Shown here piece after piece: positions 39,549-49,743 of a DNA stretch of 64,000 nt (its first letter is position 1; each line of letters begins with the position of its first letter). The notes beneath the pieces were generated by a model. The model made no database searches, was not told the origin of the DNA, and saw only the letters and a list, made by a program, of their open reading frames with translations. The DNA comes from a virus: IMG/VR virus record IMGVR_UViG_3300040807_001288, positions 1-64,000 of that record; one strand, 5' to 3'. The position numbers were made by a program, and so were the translations under genes.

Positions 39549-40153
39549 AAAACTTTACTGACGAATTAGGCATTAACGGACACCTGACCATCATCAAAAG
39601 ATACTCTGATGGTCAGGAGGAAGTGGTTTTAGATGACAGCAACGTCATCGTATCGGGAATGGGCGTGGGCCTTTCCTACCTTTTCACTGGGTCTGGCTCG
39701 AATGAGATCTTAGATTATCAGATTGAAAGATTCCAAGTTGGGGTATCTGGGCCTCATGAAGCCTATTCAACTGTCCCTAGCTCTATTTTTGCATTGTCAG
39801 GAGACCTAACTAAGGCCGAGTATGGTGGTGGAAGCAACCTATTCATCAAAGAGGCAACTCAAATAGAGAACGGTGTTGACATCCTTAATCAAGCATTTCC
39901 CTTGATTCCCAAAAACAAAATCACAAGGATATCCGATTCCTCCGTGAGGTACACCTTGGTTCTAGATGAGGAAGCGTGTAATGGACTTGAACGAGATAGC
40001 TCGCCAGCTAACATAAATGAAGTGGGTATGTTCATGAAAAACCCAACGGGAGCTACCGACGACAAATCCTTGTTAGTTTGCTACAGAACCTTTAGTAATA
40101 TAAGAAAGACTAGCGATTTTAGTCTCATCTTCAGATGGACCTTGAACTTCTAA
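39545..40153 (+). CDS. baseplate/fibre-attachment protein (tail-collar N-terminal-like)
   Basis: NVIVSG, INEVGMF, YRTF..I.KTSDFSLIFRWTL. Confidence 0.6.
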   Translation: MKNFTDELGINGHLTIIKRYSDGQEEVVLDDSNVIVSGMGVGLSYLFTGSGSNEILDYQIERFQVGVSGPHEAYSTVPSSIFALSGDLTKAEYGGGSNLFIKEATQIENGVDILNQAFPLIPKNKITRISDSSVRYTLVLDEEACNGLERDSSPANINEVGMFMKNPTGATDDKSLLVCYRTFSNIRKTSDFSLIFRWTLNF

Positions 40154-40154
40154 A

Positions 40155-43100
40155 ATGCCATTTAATCAAAACGACATCTACACCAGTAGCGGCACAGTCC
40201 AGCTATTTAATGCGTGGACGCCTTATGTGTCGAAGTTCGACACTAGCTCTTTCTACAACTGGGAGCAGGATAACCTTCCTCTCTACGATCTAGAGGAGAG
40301 GACATACGCTCTTTGGGAACAGCAAGGGTTCGCAACCTCCGCAGGAGTTCCTGGGTTCGCATTATCTGTTTCCGCCAACGCCGACCCAGCAGTCTTAGCA
40401 GCGGATAGAACAGTATTCACTGAACTTAGCTCCTGTATCGCAGCTATTCCCAAAGTAGTTAGATTTCCTGTTCTGGTTGAGGTTGGGACAATTGGAGACT
40501 TAGGTGATTTAGAACTACATAACTTCCGAATTGAGGAGGGGGGTTCTATAGAGATCATCAACCGAGCTTTTGGTAGAGCTTATGATGCTTCTTCCGAGTG
40601 CGATGGTCTAAATCTACCAACACAAAACTCATCTCACAGAATGTGCTTCCGACTTAGTTCTATAGATCTGAGTAATGCAATTTCTGATGCTTCGTGCCTT
40701 TCTCTTAGCACGCCTGTCTTGGATGGTGTTTCGAATACTGATGTTAATAATAACACTCACAGAGTAATTTATCCTAGACACACCCTAAGGAAAGCACCGC
40801 TTGCAGTGGCTGTAGATAGAAATTTATTTCAAAATGGCAACGCTGATTTGTTTGATTTGGGTCCTTACGAAAACACGGTAAACACTAGCTTTGACAATAC
40901 CTTACAGTCACTAGATATTAGTGCTCAAAATCAAAGAACTTCCGCAAACATATACCGAGACACCATTGCTGATGGTGATGTTGGGGTTGGTGGCAACACT
41001 TACCTTAATAAGTTAGGAAAAATTACCGTTAAGAATTGTGATGGACCCATCTACATTAGAAACTTTTTTGTAGATGCGGCCAAGAATACAGCAGCCGTTA
41101 ATGATTATGCTATTGAGATCGTAAACTCCAAGGTCGTTCTAGAGAATTGTGCGGGTATGAGGGCTAAAAACTCTGGTTGGAAATTCCTTAACTCAGGAGT
41201 CACTCTCTCCAGGTCTGCGTTTGCGTATAGAAACTATCACTTAGACAGCACCACTACCCGAGTAGCTGAAAAAGGCTACGGGTTCCATGCGGTTAATAGT
41301 GAGGTTCTTGTAAGCTCACTTCCTCTTGGTTTGGACTTCGAATCCGTTGGTGACAACGGTGCCTCTGGCTCTGACTGCAAGGTAATTTCCTCTAGAAATT
41401 ATGCAGGGTTTGTATTAGATAACTCTAAGCTTTTTGGAGGAGTCCAACGGTCAATAGCGACTGACCCCTTACGGGGGAGTATTTTAGGATTGGAACTCAA
41501 CACGGGTTATGGAATGATTATCAATAACTCTGAGGTGAATGTAAAGGGCCTAATTGATTTTTATGGAAATGATCAAGGAGTGCAAGCGGATTCTTCTAAA
41601 TTCGTTTACGAAAACCTTTGCCTTGACGCTCATAGCAGCCAAGCTATTAGATCTAGAAACTCGGAGTTTATTTTTGATTCCCTGACCACTCCAACCGATG
41701 CGGGGCAGGCTGATAGACATCAGCTAGATATGTCGGCAAATGGACAGCATATTGACCTTAGAGGCAATAGTGTATTTTCTTTCAGAAGAAAGAACAACAT
41801 GCCTACGACCTACGGTAACTCAAAGTTCTTAGAAGAGCATGGTGCTATTCTTTGGGACGGTAATGTGAATGCCCCGCTACCAGCCATCTCAGTAAATGAT
41901 GGTTCTATGCTAGATCTAATTCACCCCAACATACAAGTTAGTGGTGTTGCTTCTAGACCAAATTACGGAAGTGCTATTAAAGCTGTAAACTCCTCAAAAG
42001 TATCCCTCTTCGGTAGTAATACTGGGTGCAACTTCGTTTATGGTCCAGCGGGAATTTCATATCAACAGCGTATGGCTGGAATTTACGCGGGAAATAATTC
42101 TACTATTAATCTTCATGGACCCACTGCTATGGGACAGTTTGGTGTAGATGTTCTAGTTGAGGATAACTCGGTCTTGAACATCGAACCAGCCAGAGCGCGA
42201 GACGAGTTTGGGCTTGAGGTTAGCGGTTTTGATCTTAGTTCTAAGCTAAACCATACCTCTGTGGAGCTTCATGCTACCAGGGCGTGCTTGGTTGCTAATA
42301 GGAATTCCACCATAAACTTAAAAGACATGGGCTCTTTCCCAGCGAATTGGGGAAGAACCGCACTGGGAGAGGGGCTTCTAGAGGCTGGCTCAGATTATCT
42401 GATAGGTGATTTTGAAACAAGTGCATATACTTCCTCAGGCTCCTTGCAGTTTTACGCCAACCCTCAAGACTCTTCGGCTATAAACTTCTACAACTTAGAT
42501 AACTTGGCTGCGGGGCTTGGGTTTACCATACCTTCCTTCCCTAGGTTTATTGATACGGGAGCGACAAACGGTTTCTTTGTTACGGACTCTCCTATTCTAG
42601 GCTCACCTAGCTGGCCTGATCGCGCTAAAATAACTCAAGGTGGGGTAGCGTTGCGAGCCACAGAGGACAGTGTGGTAAATGTTAAAAATGTTCACTTCCC
42701 ACTAGGCACTAATGATAGTCCTTTGGACGGATTTTATTATACTACTAGTGGAACAGATTGTGATAAGTTCATGATCTGGAACATAGCGGACACCTCCAGG
42801 CTTAACGCTTCTTACTTATCTGTAAGTGGTATGCACCCTGCAAGCACTCAGTATCATGGTCCTAGTGCTATTTGGGCTTCTTCCGTGGACGGAAACAATG
42901 CTGGGAGTAATTATGACATTCCTGCCTATGGAGCACCTTCGGGGACCCCAGGAACGGGACCGCTTAGTGTGTTTGATGTGTTCGGAGCAGGAAGCTCTGT
43001 TTGGGTTCCCGCTTCAGGAACAGATTTAAATTCTACTTTCCATAGATTCTTCCCGATAGAAGATAATACCACCCATGATGCAAAAGAGAAGTTGGGTGGC

Positions 43101-43700
43101 GCTGGAGTAATTGTTAGTGGCTCTGTAGACAATTACATGATTGGCGCAGGTCCACACGCTAGTAAAAACCAAGGTCCCTTTAGAATCTATTGGACACCCA
43201 AATCAAGTGCGCGAGTATTGCAAACAGATCTTAGTGGTTATTACAGGGGAGGATATCCTCACGCTGGAGCCTTTAGTGGAACAGTCGGCCCCGCTTATCA
43301 ATTGTTTGCTCAAGGGTACAATTGCTCCGCTCCGCTATCAGCTATTTTTATTGATGATGGTGTGGGTAATAATATAACAAGTGGAACATTCCCAGACTTA
43401 CTTAGGATGTCTAGAGACACCAACGGCGATGGTATCCCTGATCAATTATATACTTCTGGATTTTACTACTGCTCCGAGATGTTGGAGGAAAATCCAACTC
43501 AATGTATACTAGACGAATCGGCTGCTAGAACTTTTGCCAATGCACAGAATGCTAGTGTAAATATTGGAGGCACTCCAATAAAAGTAACGCTCGTAAGAGC
43601 TAGAGAAAATGACCGAGGGTCCGAAGCCTATGTTGGAGATGCATCAGGCTCATTAGGATTTAAATCCGCTGCAATCTTCGATCTTTCGAGGGATAACTGA
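40155..43700 (+). CDS. tail spike/fibre with beta-helix region
   Basis: 1181 aa; N/S/G-rich parallel-beta rungs (VKNCDGPIYIRNF, VVLENC, NSTINL twice). Confidence 0.6.
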   Translation: MPFNQNDIYTSSGTVQLFNAWTPYVSKFDTSSFYNWEQDNLPLYDLEERTYALWEQQGFATSAGVPGFALSVSANADPAVLAADRTVFTELSSCIAAIPKVVRFPVLVEVGTIGDLGDLELHNFRIEEGGSIEIINRAFGRAYDASSECDGLNLPTQNSSHRMCFRLSSIDLSNAISDASCLSLSTPVLDGVSNTDVNNNTHRVIYPRHTLRKAPLAVAVDRNLFQNGNADLFDLGPYENTVNTSFDNTLQSLDISAQNQRTSANIYRDTIADGDVGVGGNTYLNKLGKITVKNCDGPIYIRNFFVDAAKNTAAVNDYAIEIVNSKVVLENCAGMRAKNSGWKFLNSGVTLSRSAFAYRNYHLDSTTTRVAEKGYGFHAVNSEVLVSSLPLGLDFESVGDNGASGSDCKVISSRNYAGFVLDNSKLFGGVQRSIATDPLRGSILGLELNTGYGMIINNSEVNVKGLIDFYGNDQGVQADSSKFVYENLCLDAHSSQAIRSRNSEFIFDSLTTPTDAGQADRHQLDMSANGQHIDLRGNSVFSFRRKNNMPTTYGNSKFLEEHGAILWDGNVNAPLPAISVNDGSMLDLIHPNIQVSGVASRPNYGSAIKAVNSSKVSLFGSNTGCNFVYGPAGISYQQRMAGIYAGNNSTINLHGPTAMGQFGVDVLVEDNSVLNIEPARARDEFGLEVSGFDLSSKLNHTSVELHATRACLVANRNSTINLKDMGSFPANWGRTALGEGLLEAGSDYLIGDFETSAYTSSGSLQFYANPQDSSAINFYNLDNLAAGLGFTIPSFPRFIDTGATNGFFVTDSPILGSPSWPDRAKITQGGVALRATEDSVVNVKNVHFPLGTNDSPLDGFYYTTSGTDCDKFMIWNIADTSRLNASYLSVSGMHPASTQYHGPSAIWASSVDGNNAGSNYDIPAYGAPSGTPGTGPLSVFDVFGAGSSVWVPASGTDLNSTFHRFFPIEDNTTHDAKEKLGGAGVIVSGSVDNYMIGAGPHASKNQGPFRIYWTPKSSARVLQTDLSGYYRGGYPHAGAFSGTVGPAYQLFAQGYNCSAPLSAIFIDDGVGNNITSGTFPDLLRMSRDTNGDGIPDQLYTSGFYYCSEMLEENPTQCILDESAARTFANAQNASVNIGGTPIKVTLVRARENDRGSEAYVGDASGSLGFKSAAIFDLSRDN

Positions 43701-46195
43701 TGGCTGAACAACAATATCAAGAAAGTAATTACAGGTTCTCTGACCCTATTCGTCTATTCAAGGCTAATGATCCTTACTACTATGAGGTCGATAATATCCC
43801 TCTCAAGCAGTTGCAGGAGAATTGCTTGTGGCTAAAGGATCAAGTTAGGAAGAACGCAAACAAACTCCTAGGTGTAAAACGGTCTGATATTGACGAGCTT
43901 CGTCCTTACGCAACGGGAGCCGACAGGCTGATTAGAGTTAAGCCAGGAAGGTATACAGCCAGGATTAATGACGCCTCTAATCGAACACCTTTGGCTTACT
44001 TGAGAAAGGTCATGGGTGAGGCTCTAGGAGATGTTGATGCTTGGTCAGCATTAGCACCTAACCAAGGCAGCGATCCAAAGAATGTTGTCTTAGAGGAAGC
44101 TCTTAACACCTTTAAAGAAGCTGTTTCCGAAACTGCTTTGGGAATGAATGGTTTGGTAGAGAGAGCTTTCACTAGACCAATCGTGGACATTGATCGGGTA
44201 ATTGATGTCGATGGTGCGGATTTAGCTCCTGGCACTTCGTGGCTATCTTACGGAGGCTATGATGAGAACATTCCAGGTGGTGGAGCAGCACTCTCTCCCT
44301 TCATTGTTACTGAAGCCATTGTCTGGGCAAGGTCTCAAGGCTCAGAGCTAGGTAGTTTTACTCTTCCTACTTACGAAATAACAAACCCTAACAACGGTTT
44401 TGCCAAGCTCCCACTCACAGAGAGTTACTTTGTGAAAGCCTGGAGAGGGGTATCCCGTCTAGCCGTGGTGGATATTGATGACGAGCTTACCATAGAAGTT
44501 CCTCAGTTCGACGCAGAGGATTTTTATTATACAAATGAGCGAGGAGATCGCACTGAGGTTGATAACGTACAACAAAGAGTGGATCTAGTATTCATTTATA
44601 GTAAGCCGATTGACACCAGCGCCACTACAATTATTAGAGGAGGGACCACAGAAACCATCACCAAGCCCGCTCTTGGTATTGTTAAGGGGGCAGGTATTAG
44701 AGCAACCTTCTTTGAGAAAAACACTGAGTTGGCTGCGGGTAATAAAGTAGACAGTAGAGACTCCATCCTTGCATCTCCTAGCGATCAGCTAAACGATAGC
44801 ATGGGTTTCACCAGCACCTCGGCTAACGACATTGCTACGTCGGTTAGGGGCAGTTTCCCCGCCCCAGACGACCTAATGAACCTAGCTCCTCTGATCTCTG
44901 AGAAGCTAGAGGATAACGCCTACGAGCTTTTAGGTCAGTCCATTCTTCCTGTAGCCTATGTTTTTGTTCAAGGCGGATCTCAGGTGGTTCTGAGCACTGA
45001 CGTTATTGACATCAGACCGCTATTCAGAACAGCAGAGCTTGCATACAACGAACGGGCAGGAATCGGAGCAGCGTTCCCACAATTGTCTCTAGCTAATCCC
45101 GCTGTAGGAAAAGGCCAGCTAGACTTTGAGATCAAGCGTCTTTATGATAGTTTAGACAACAGGATAAACGTAGTCGCTGGGCAAAGTGACGCTGGGAGTC
45201 AGATGAATGTTCTGGCTGTTGGCTATGTTTTTGGCGGCTGGAACTTCGGGCCAGAGGGAGCTTTGTACGATTACTACAAAAGCACTTTCGCTGAAAATCA
45301 AAATGCAAATGATGATAGCGAAGCATATATTAAACAATATATCATAGGAAAGTATGGCATCGGTGACACGGGCACAGCTATAAAGGTCCCTTCGTACCCC
45401 GATTGGGACCTAGCTCAGTGGTGTGTTGAGCAGTCCATAGAAGATAAGGGGCTGTATCCTAACGATTACATTAACACATTCTTCTCGCTAACCTCCGCAG
45501 AAGGGTCTGATGCTACTATTGATGCGGGCAGCTTCGCTGACGGCATCAGACCTGACGGAACCTCAATAGCGGGTAACGATCCTCCCGAAAGGCTTAAAAA
45601 CTTTAGTAACACGCAAACCAGACCAGGGGATGGCGAGTCTTTAATTAACTTCCATTACATTTCTAAAAAGATAAAGTTTCAAAGACCCGCTTGGCTTGCA
45701 GACTACTCCATAGACACTACTCTTATTAATTCTTTAGCTCAGAATAATACTGGCACTGGGCCTGACTCCAACTTTGCTGGATCTTACTTTGGTTGCTGGG
45801 TGGAGAAAGGTTTTGACGAGTTCACTATCTATGTTGCTTTCTCGGCAGACACTAACAATAACTATGGAAACAGCGAAGCGCCTAGATTCCCCGCTCCTCA
45901 CTCGTTAGTATACACTTCGGGAGGAAAAAAGAAAAAGACTACCAGCACGCTTAACATATCTCAAAGAGATGGAGACAGATTTAGTGGCTTCGTAGTTCCT
46001 GTAAGTGATATTCTGTACTCTAACACAGAGCCCGTGTCCACATCAAATGGGTTTGGTTATGTAGGTAACCCCCGTATAGGTAAGTGTACTTATCCCACAG
46101 TCATGTGGAAATTCACTGGAGTTCCCAACGGAGATGCAGGGTTCTTGTATGGGAACTTGAACGGAACTAACCCGACAATAGCTCTTAAGAACTAA
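43700..46195 (+). CDS. tail/baseplate-associated structural protein
   Basis: N-terminus (YYEVDNIPLKQL.E) resembles that of 40155 (NWEQDNLPLYDL.E); DVIDIRP motif. Confidence 0.5.
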   Translation: MAEQQYQESNYRFSDPIRLFKANDPYYYEVDNIPLKQLQENCLWLKDQVRKNANKLLGVKRSDIDELRPYATGADRLIRVKPGRYTARINDASNRTPLAYLRKVMGEALGDVDAWSALAPNQGSDPKNVVLEEALNTFKEAVSETALGMNGLVERAFTRPIVDIDRVIDVDGADLAPGTSWLSYGGYDENIPGGGAALSPFIVTEAIVWARSQGSELGSFTLPTYEITNPNNGFAKLPLTESYFVKAWRGVSRLAVVDIDDELTIEVPQFDAEDFYYTNERGDRTEVDNVQQRVDLVFIYSKPIDTSATTIIRGGTTETITKPALGIVKGAGIRATFFEKNTELAAGNKVDSRDSILASPSDQLNDSMGFTSTSANDIATSVRGSFPAPDDLMNLAPLISEKLEDNAYELLGQSILPVAYVFVQGGSQVVLSTDVIDIRPLFRTAELAYNERAGIGAAFPQLSLANPAVGKGQLDFEIKRLYDSLDNRINVVAGQSDAGSQMNVLAVGYVFGGWNFGPEGALYDYYKSTFAENQNANDDSEAYIKQYIIGKYGIGDTGTAIKVPSYPDWDLAQWCVEQSIEDKGLYPNDYINTFFSLTSAEGSDATIDAGSFADGIRPDGTSIAGNDPPERLKNFSNTQTRPGDGESLINFHYISKKIKFQRPAWLADYSIDTTLINSLAQNNTGTGPDSNFAGSYFGCWVEKGFDEFTIYVAFSADTNNNYGNSEAPRFPAPHSLVYTSGGKKKKTTSTLNISQRDGDRFSGFVVPVSDILYSNTEPVSTSNGFGYVGNPRIGKCTYPTVMWKFTGVPNGDAGFLYGNLNGTNPTIALKN

Positions 46196-49100
46196 TGCCA
46201 GATAATGGCGCAACATTTGGTTGCGGGACACTTCTTCCTGGAGTTGGTCCTGGAAATCTTCCTGGCTTCGATGGCGGTGGTGTTATCGAAGGTGGGGGCG
46301 GTGGAAATGGTGGTAATAATAATAATGGTGGTGGAACAAGAATTGATACTGTTCCTCCTATAGGTCCCGATCCGTACGAAGGGGGTCCTCCCGCTCCAGG
46401 TCCACCTGACATTGGCCCCCCTGTTTCAGCGGGGCCTACTGGTCCTGGAATTCCTGATAGAGGAACTCCCGTTCCAGGTCCGACCTCTCCAGGGCCTCCT
46501 CCTCCTCAGCCGCCTGTGGCACCTAGGCTTTCTTTCTGTAAGATTAGTGGTCCATTCACTGGTGCTCCACAAAGTGGCGGTCCTCCTCCTCCTGGAGTCT
46601 ATGTTAGGGTTTACACTGCGCCACAAACATGCAGTCCCGATGATTTTAGCGTTACTGATGCTCACAATCAATCTGCTGCTGCGACTAGAATTAATCAGCT
46701 ACAAACACTCCTTACTAGCCCTCCCTATCCAACTGGAACAACTGTTACTTTTACTACTGGAGGGTTTACATTTCCTTGCGACTTAGCTGCGGGTGCTGGA
46801 TGTGGCACAGCAACAATTACTGCTACTATAACTATTCCAGACACGGAGGGTACTGCGATCCCTCCAGGGCCACCACCGCCTCCACCAACTGCTGACCCTG
46901 ATCTTGTTCCTGAAGGACCTCCACCGCCACCTCCAGTAGAGCCTGATGGCCCCTTCGTATTGCCCGACGATGATCCCGACCCTCCACCACCTACGGTTGA
47001 TCCTGATCCAGTAGGAAATGAAGATCCCGACCCTCCACCACCTACGGTTGATCCTGATCCAGTAGGAAATGAAGATCCTGATGATCCACCACCTACGGTT
47101 GATCCTGATCCAGTAGGAAACGAAGAACCTCCTTGGACTCCTATTGGAAATCAGGAGCCTATAGGGGGCGTGTTAGTAGACCCAGGCGAAGATCCTAGGC
47201 CAAATGTCACTAGGATAAATGATGTCGCTCTTTCAGATCCTCCAACCGCAGGAAATAATATAGTAAGTAATTATTCTTTCGATAGAGGTGCTTTACTTAA
47301 TCAAGCTATACAGTCTAGAGAAATTGACCTCAATGACCCAGCGATAAAGGATGCTATCCTTAGAAAGAAACCCTTTGGTATTCAAGATAGCTCAATATCT
47401 TTTGATACTGTTCCACTACCATCTGAGATGGTCAAAAACGATACTGGATTCCTTGAGTTATTTGCCGAAACAATAGACAGTAACCTTCATTACGTCCTGT
47501 CAAATCAAAGAAACTCAGGGAACTGGGACAGTAGACGAGCCGCAGGGGTCACTAATGAAGTTATCTTCAATAGCCTTAACGACCTTACTAAGAAGGTTGT
47601 TGGTAGGATCAAAAATTACGATGGAACAAGATTATCTCTAGGACAGATTTTTAATTTGATCGGATCCAGAGTGCTTGATGGAACGATTTCTAAAGTAACC
47701 CTCAGGTTCTTACAGAGCATGGCTGAGGACAGCGCAAAGAGGGATCCTGTTACTATTGTACGAAGCACCAATCCAAAGGTAAACGAAGTTGCTGCTCTCG
47801 CTCTGATTGATCAAAACAAAGTTGCTTTAGATCCTGCTCGCAGAGACGATAAAGAAAAGAATCTTTTCAAGAATTGGAAGGTTCTATCCTCTGACATCGA
47901 CAAATACCTTCCCGTAACTATTAATGGAGAGTCTAGAAGATACTACATTAATGATGACGACACTTTCATAAATAGAAACACCTTATCCATACAAGACGGA
48001 GATTACTTCGATGTAACCATAGGAGGAAGAACTCAGAGGCTGTTCGCTGATTCAGAAAAAGATCATGCGTATCTTGTACCAGAAAAGATTAGACAGAGGG
48101 CTGTCAGTCTCCTTGGTGGAACTCCTGGGAGAACTCTTGACGTTAGTGCTGAGGCGGCAACAGCAGCTTCAATAGAGTTTGATTCATCCCTAACATCTGA
48201 CAGGCAACCCTTCTACGTTCTGAGTTGTGTGCTAGACACCTTGAACACTCGACCATCGGAGGCTGAATCCTTTTTGCTAAAGGATACCACAGCAAAGTAT
48301 CAACTTATGGACACAACCACACCAGAAGGGCTGGCTGAGGTTAACGAGTTTATAAAATACAAAGCAAACAAAAGAATATTTATACTGGATGATGAGGATC
48401 TAATTTTAGATTACGTAGAACAAACTTCACATTTACATCTTACTCAGACAGATATTCTTTTTGATTCGCCAAAGACCAATAAAACACTACCCCTTCTGGT
48501 CAGGCAGTTACCGTTCTACATTATGTTGTACCCTACTAACAGACCAGACTACAACATATTTAATGATAAATCTCAGATAACAGAGATCAGTAGAGATGGC
48601 GGCGTCAGTAGGAGGCTGGTATGTGCGCCTGTACTAAACCCTGAGTTCACCAAGCCTCAGACTAATAAGTTTATTCGCTACACTACTGCGGGAAGAAGCG
48701 CGACTGATATCCTGGGTAACCCAGACACACAAGCTAGGCAAAGCATTATTGATCCTAATGATGAAGTTTTCCGAACAGCGTATCGGAGGGAGGGCCAATA
48801 CGTTTCAGCTAGTCAGTACCCCACCAACAGACAAAAGACAGGATTCAGACTAGTAAAGGAAATTGTCAGCGAGTTAGATACGAACTATGAACTGTCTATA
48901 AATGGTGTGGGAAAAACTTTGACTGAGTTTGATGTGTTTAGTCGTCTCAACCTCAAGCAGTTTAGTATCCTCTCTGTCTTAGAAAACTTTAACGAAATCA
49001 GTAAATCTGTGCGTAATGGTTTAATTAACGATGTAAAACTAATACCTCCAGTCAGCAGAGCCGACAATAGATTAGTTATAAATAAAACACAATTAGTGCA

Positions 49101-49218
49101 GAGAAAGACCACCGCTGGGGCGGATACTTTTAAGCAAGTAAAGGCCACCAACGATGGTCAGAACATCATTAGCCCCAATGAAGAGGGGAAAGGTGGTCTC
49201 GCTCCTGCGGGAGGCTAG
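46195..49218 (+). CDS. virion protein with ~340-aa Pro/Gly-rich extensin-like N-terminus
   Basis: Poly-Pro runs and GP repeats followed by a ~650-aa globular region. Confidence 0.6.
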   Translation: MPDNGATFGCGTLLPGVGPGNLPGFDGGGVIEGGGGGNGGNNNNGGGTRIDTVPPIGPDPYEGGPPAPGPPDIGPPVSAGPTGPGIPDRGTPVPGPTSPGPPPPQPPVAPRLSFCKISGPFTGAPQSGGPPPPGVYVRVYTAPQTCSPDDFSVTDAHNQSAAATRINQLQTLLTSPPYPTGTTVTFTTGGFTFPCDLAAGAGCGTATITATITIPDTEGTAIPPGPPPPPPTADPDLVPEGPPPPPPVEPDGPFVLPDDDPDPPPPTVDPDPVGNEDPDPPPPTVDPDPVGNEDPDDPPPTVDPDPVGNEEPPWTPIGNQEPIGGVLVDPGEDPRPNVTRINDVALSDPPTAGNNIVSNYSFDRGALLNQAIQSREIDLNDPAIKDAILRKKPFGIQDSSISFDTVPLPSEMVKNDTGFLELFAETIDSNLHYVLSNQRNSGNWDSRRAAGVTNEVIFNSLNDLTKKVVGRIKNYDGTRLSLGQIFNLIGSRVLDGTISKVTLRFLQSMAEDSAKRDPVTIVRSTNPKVNEVAALALIDQNKVALDPARRDDKEKNLFKNWKVLSSDIDKYLPVTINGESRRYYINDDDTFINRNTLSIQDGDYFDVTIGGRTQRLFADSEKDHAYLVPEKIRQRAVSLLGGTPGRTLDVSAEAATAASIEFDSSLTSDRQPFYVLSCVLDTLNTRPSEAESFLLKDTTAKYQLMDTTTPEGLAEVNEFIKYKANKRIFILDDEDLILDYVEQTSHLHLTQTDILFDSPKTNKTLPLLVRQLPFYIMLYPTNRPDYNIFNDKSQITEISRDGGVSRRLVCAPVLNPEFTKPQTNKFIRYTTAGRSATDILGNPDTQARQSIIDPNDEVFRTAYRREGQYVSASQYPTNRQKTGFRLVKEIVSELDTNYELSINGVGKTLTEFDVFSRLNLKQFSILSVLENFNEISKSVRNGLINDVKLIPPVSRADNRLVINKTQLVQRKTTAGADTFKQVKATNDGQNIISPNEEGKGGLAPAGG
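46972..47124 (+). repeat. 3 x 51-bp tandem repeat encoding DPD(P/D)PPPTVDPDPVGNE
   Basis: Units at 46972, 47023 and 47074; first two identical. Confidence 0.95.
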
Positions 49219-49261
49219 TTCACAAAAAATAAAATAAATTGCACAATCCAGCGAATCTTCG

Positions 49262-49268
49262 CTAGATA
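49262..49268 (+). promoter_or_regulatory. candidate late promoter CTAGATA for the head operon
   Basis: Recurring motif downstream of an A-tract in the intergenic gap. Confidence 0.5.
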
Positions 49269-49313
49269 TGTTTAGAGATGAAAATCTTAACCTTTCGTTT
49301 TATGAGATAAAAA

Positions 49314-49724
49314 ATGGATCATTACAGACTAAGCGACGAACTTCGTCAGCAACTACTAGAGAACGCCGCCTGGGGTAAGGCGGATATCACACCTCGCCTC
49401 GATGAGGAGTCTTCCTGCGATTCTAAGGGCGCAGACAAGAAGAAGAAGAAGGCCGAGAAGCCTGAGAAGGACATGGATTACGCTCACTCTGAGTATGAGG
49501 ACGGCGAAGAGGCTGAAGAGCTTGCGGAAGACGTTCACGTTTGCCCACTTTGCACTTCACAACTTGCTGAGGCCATCGACGAGGAGTCTCTTCTTGAGCA
49601 CCTTGACATGGTAACTGCTCTTATTGATCGCCTTTCCCAGCTTAACGAGGGTGATGAGGATATCGAGGACATTATCGACCAGACCATCACTGCCGTAGCT
49701 ACGCAAGATTTAGAGGAAGAGTGA
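49314..49724 (+). CDS. acidic CxxC protein, putative prohead core component
   Basis: HVCPLC; many (L/I)xE sites; first gene of the head cluster. Confidence 0.5.
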   Translation: MDHYRLSDELRQQLLENAAWGKADITPRLDEESSCDSKGADKKKKKAEKPEKDMDYAHSEYEDGEEAEELAEDVHVCPLCTSQLAEAIDEESLLEHLDMVTALIDRLSQLNEGDEDIEDIIDQTITAVATQDLEEE

Positions 49725-49743
49725 GGCTCTAGGGGAACCACAG

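Noticed and set aside
22611-46195. Extracellular contractile injection system or T6SS-like locus
   Set aside because: Terminase, portal, protease, scaffold, MCP and neck genes in the same window show it is a phage tail baseplate.
46972-47124. CRISPR-like array, with the Cas4-like gene at 21076
   Set aside because: The repeats are contiguous, in-frame coding units without spacers; no cas1/cas2 is present; solo Cas4-like nucleases are common in phages.
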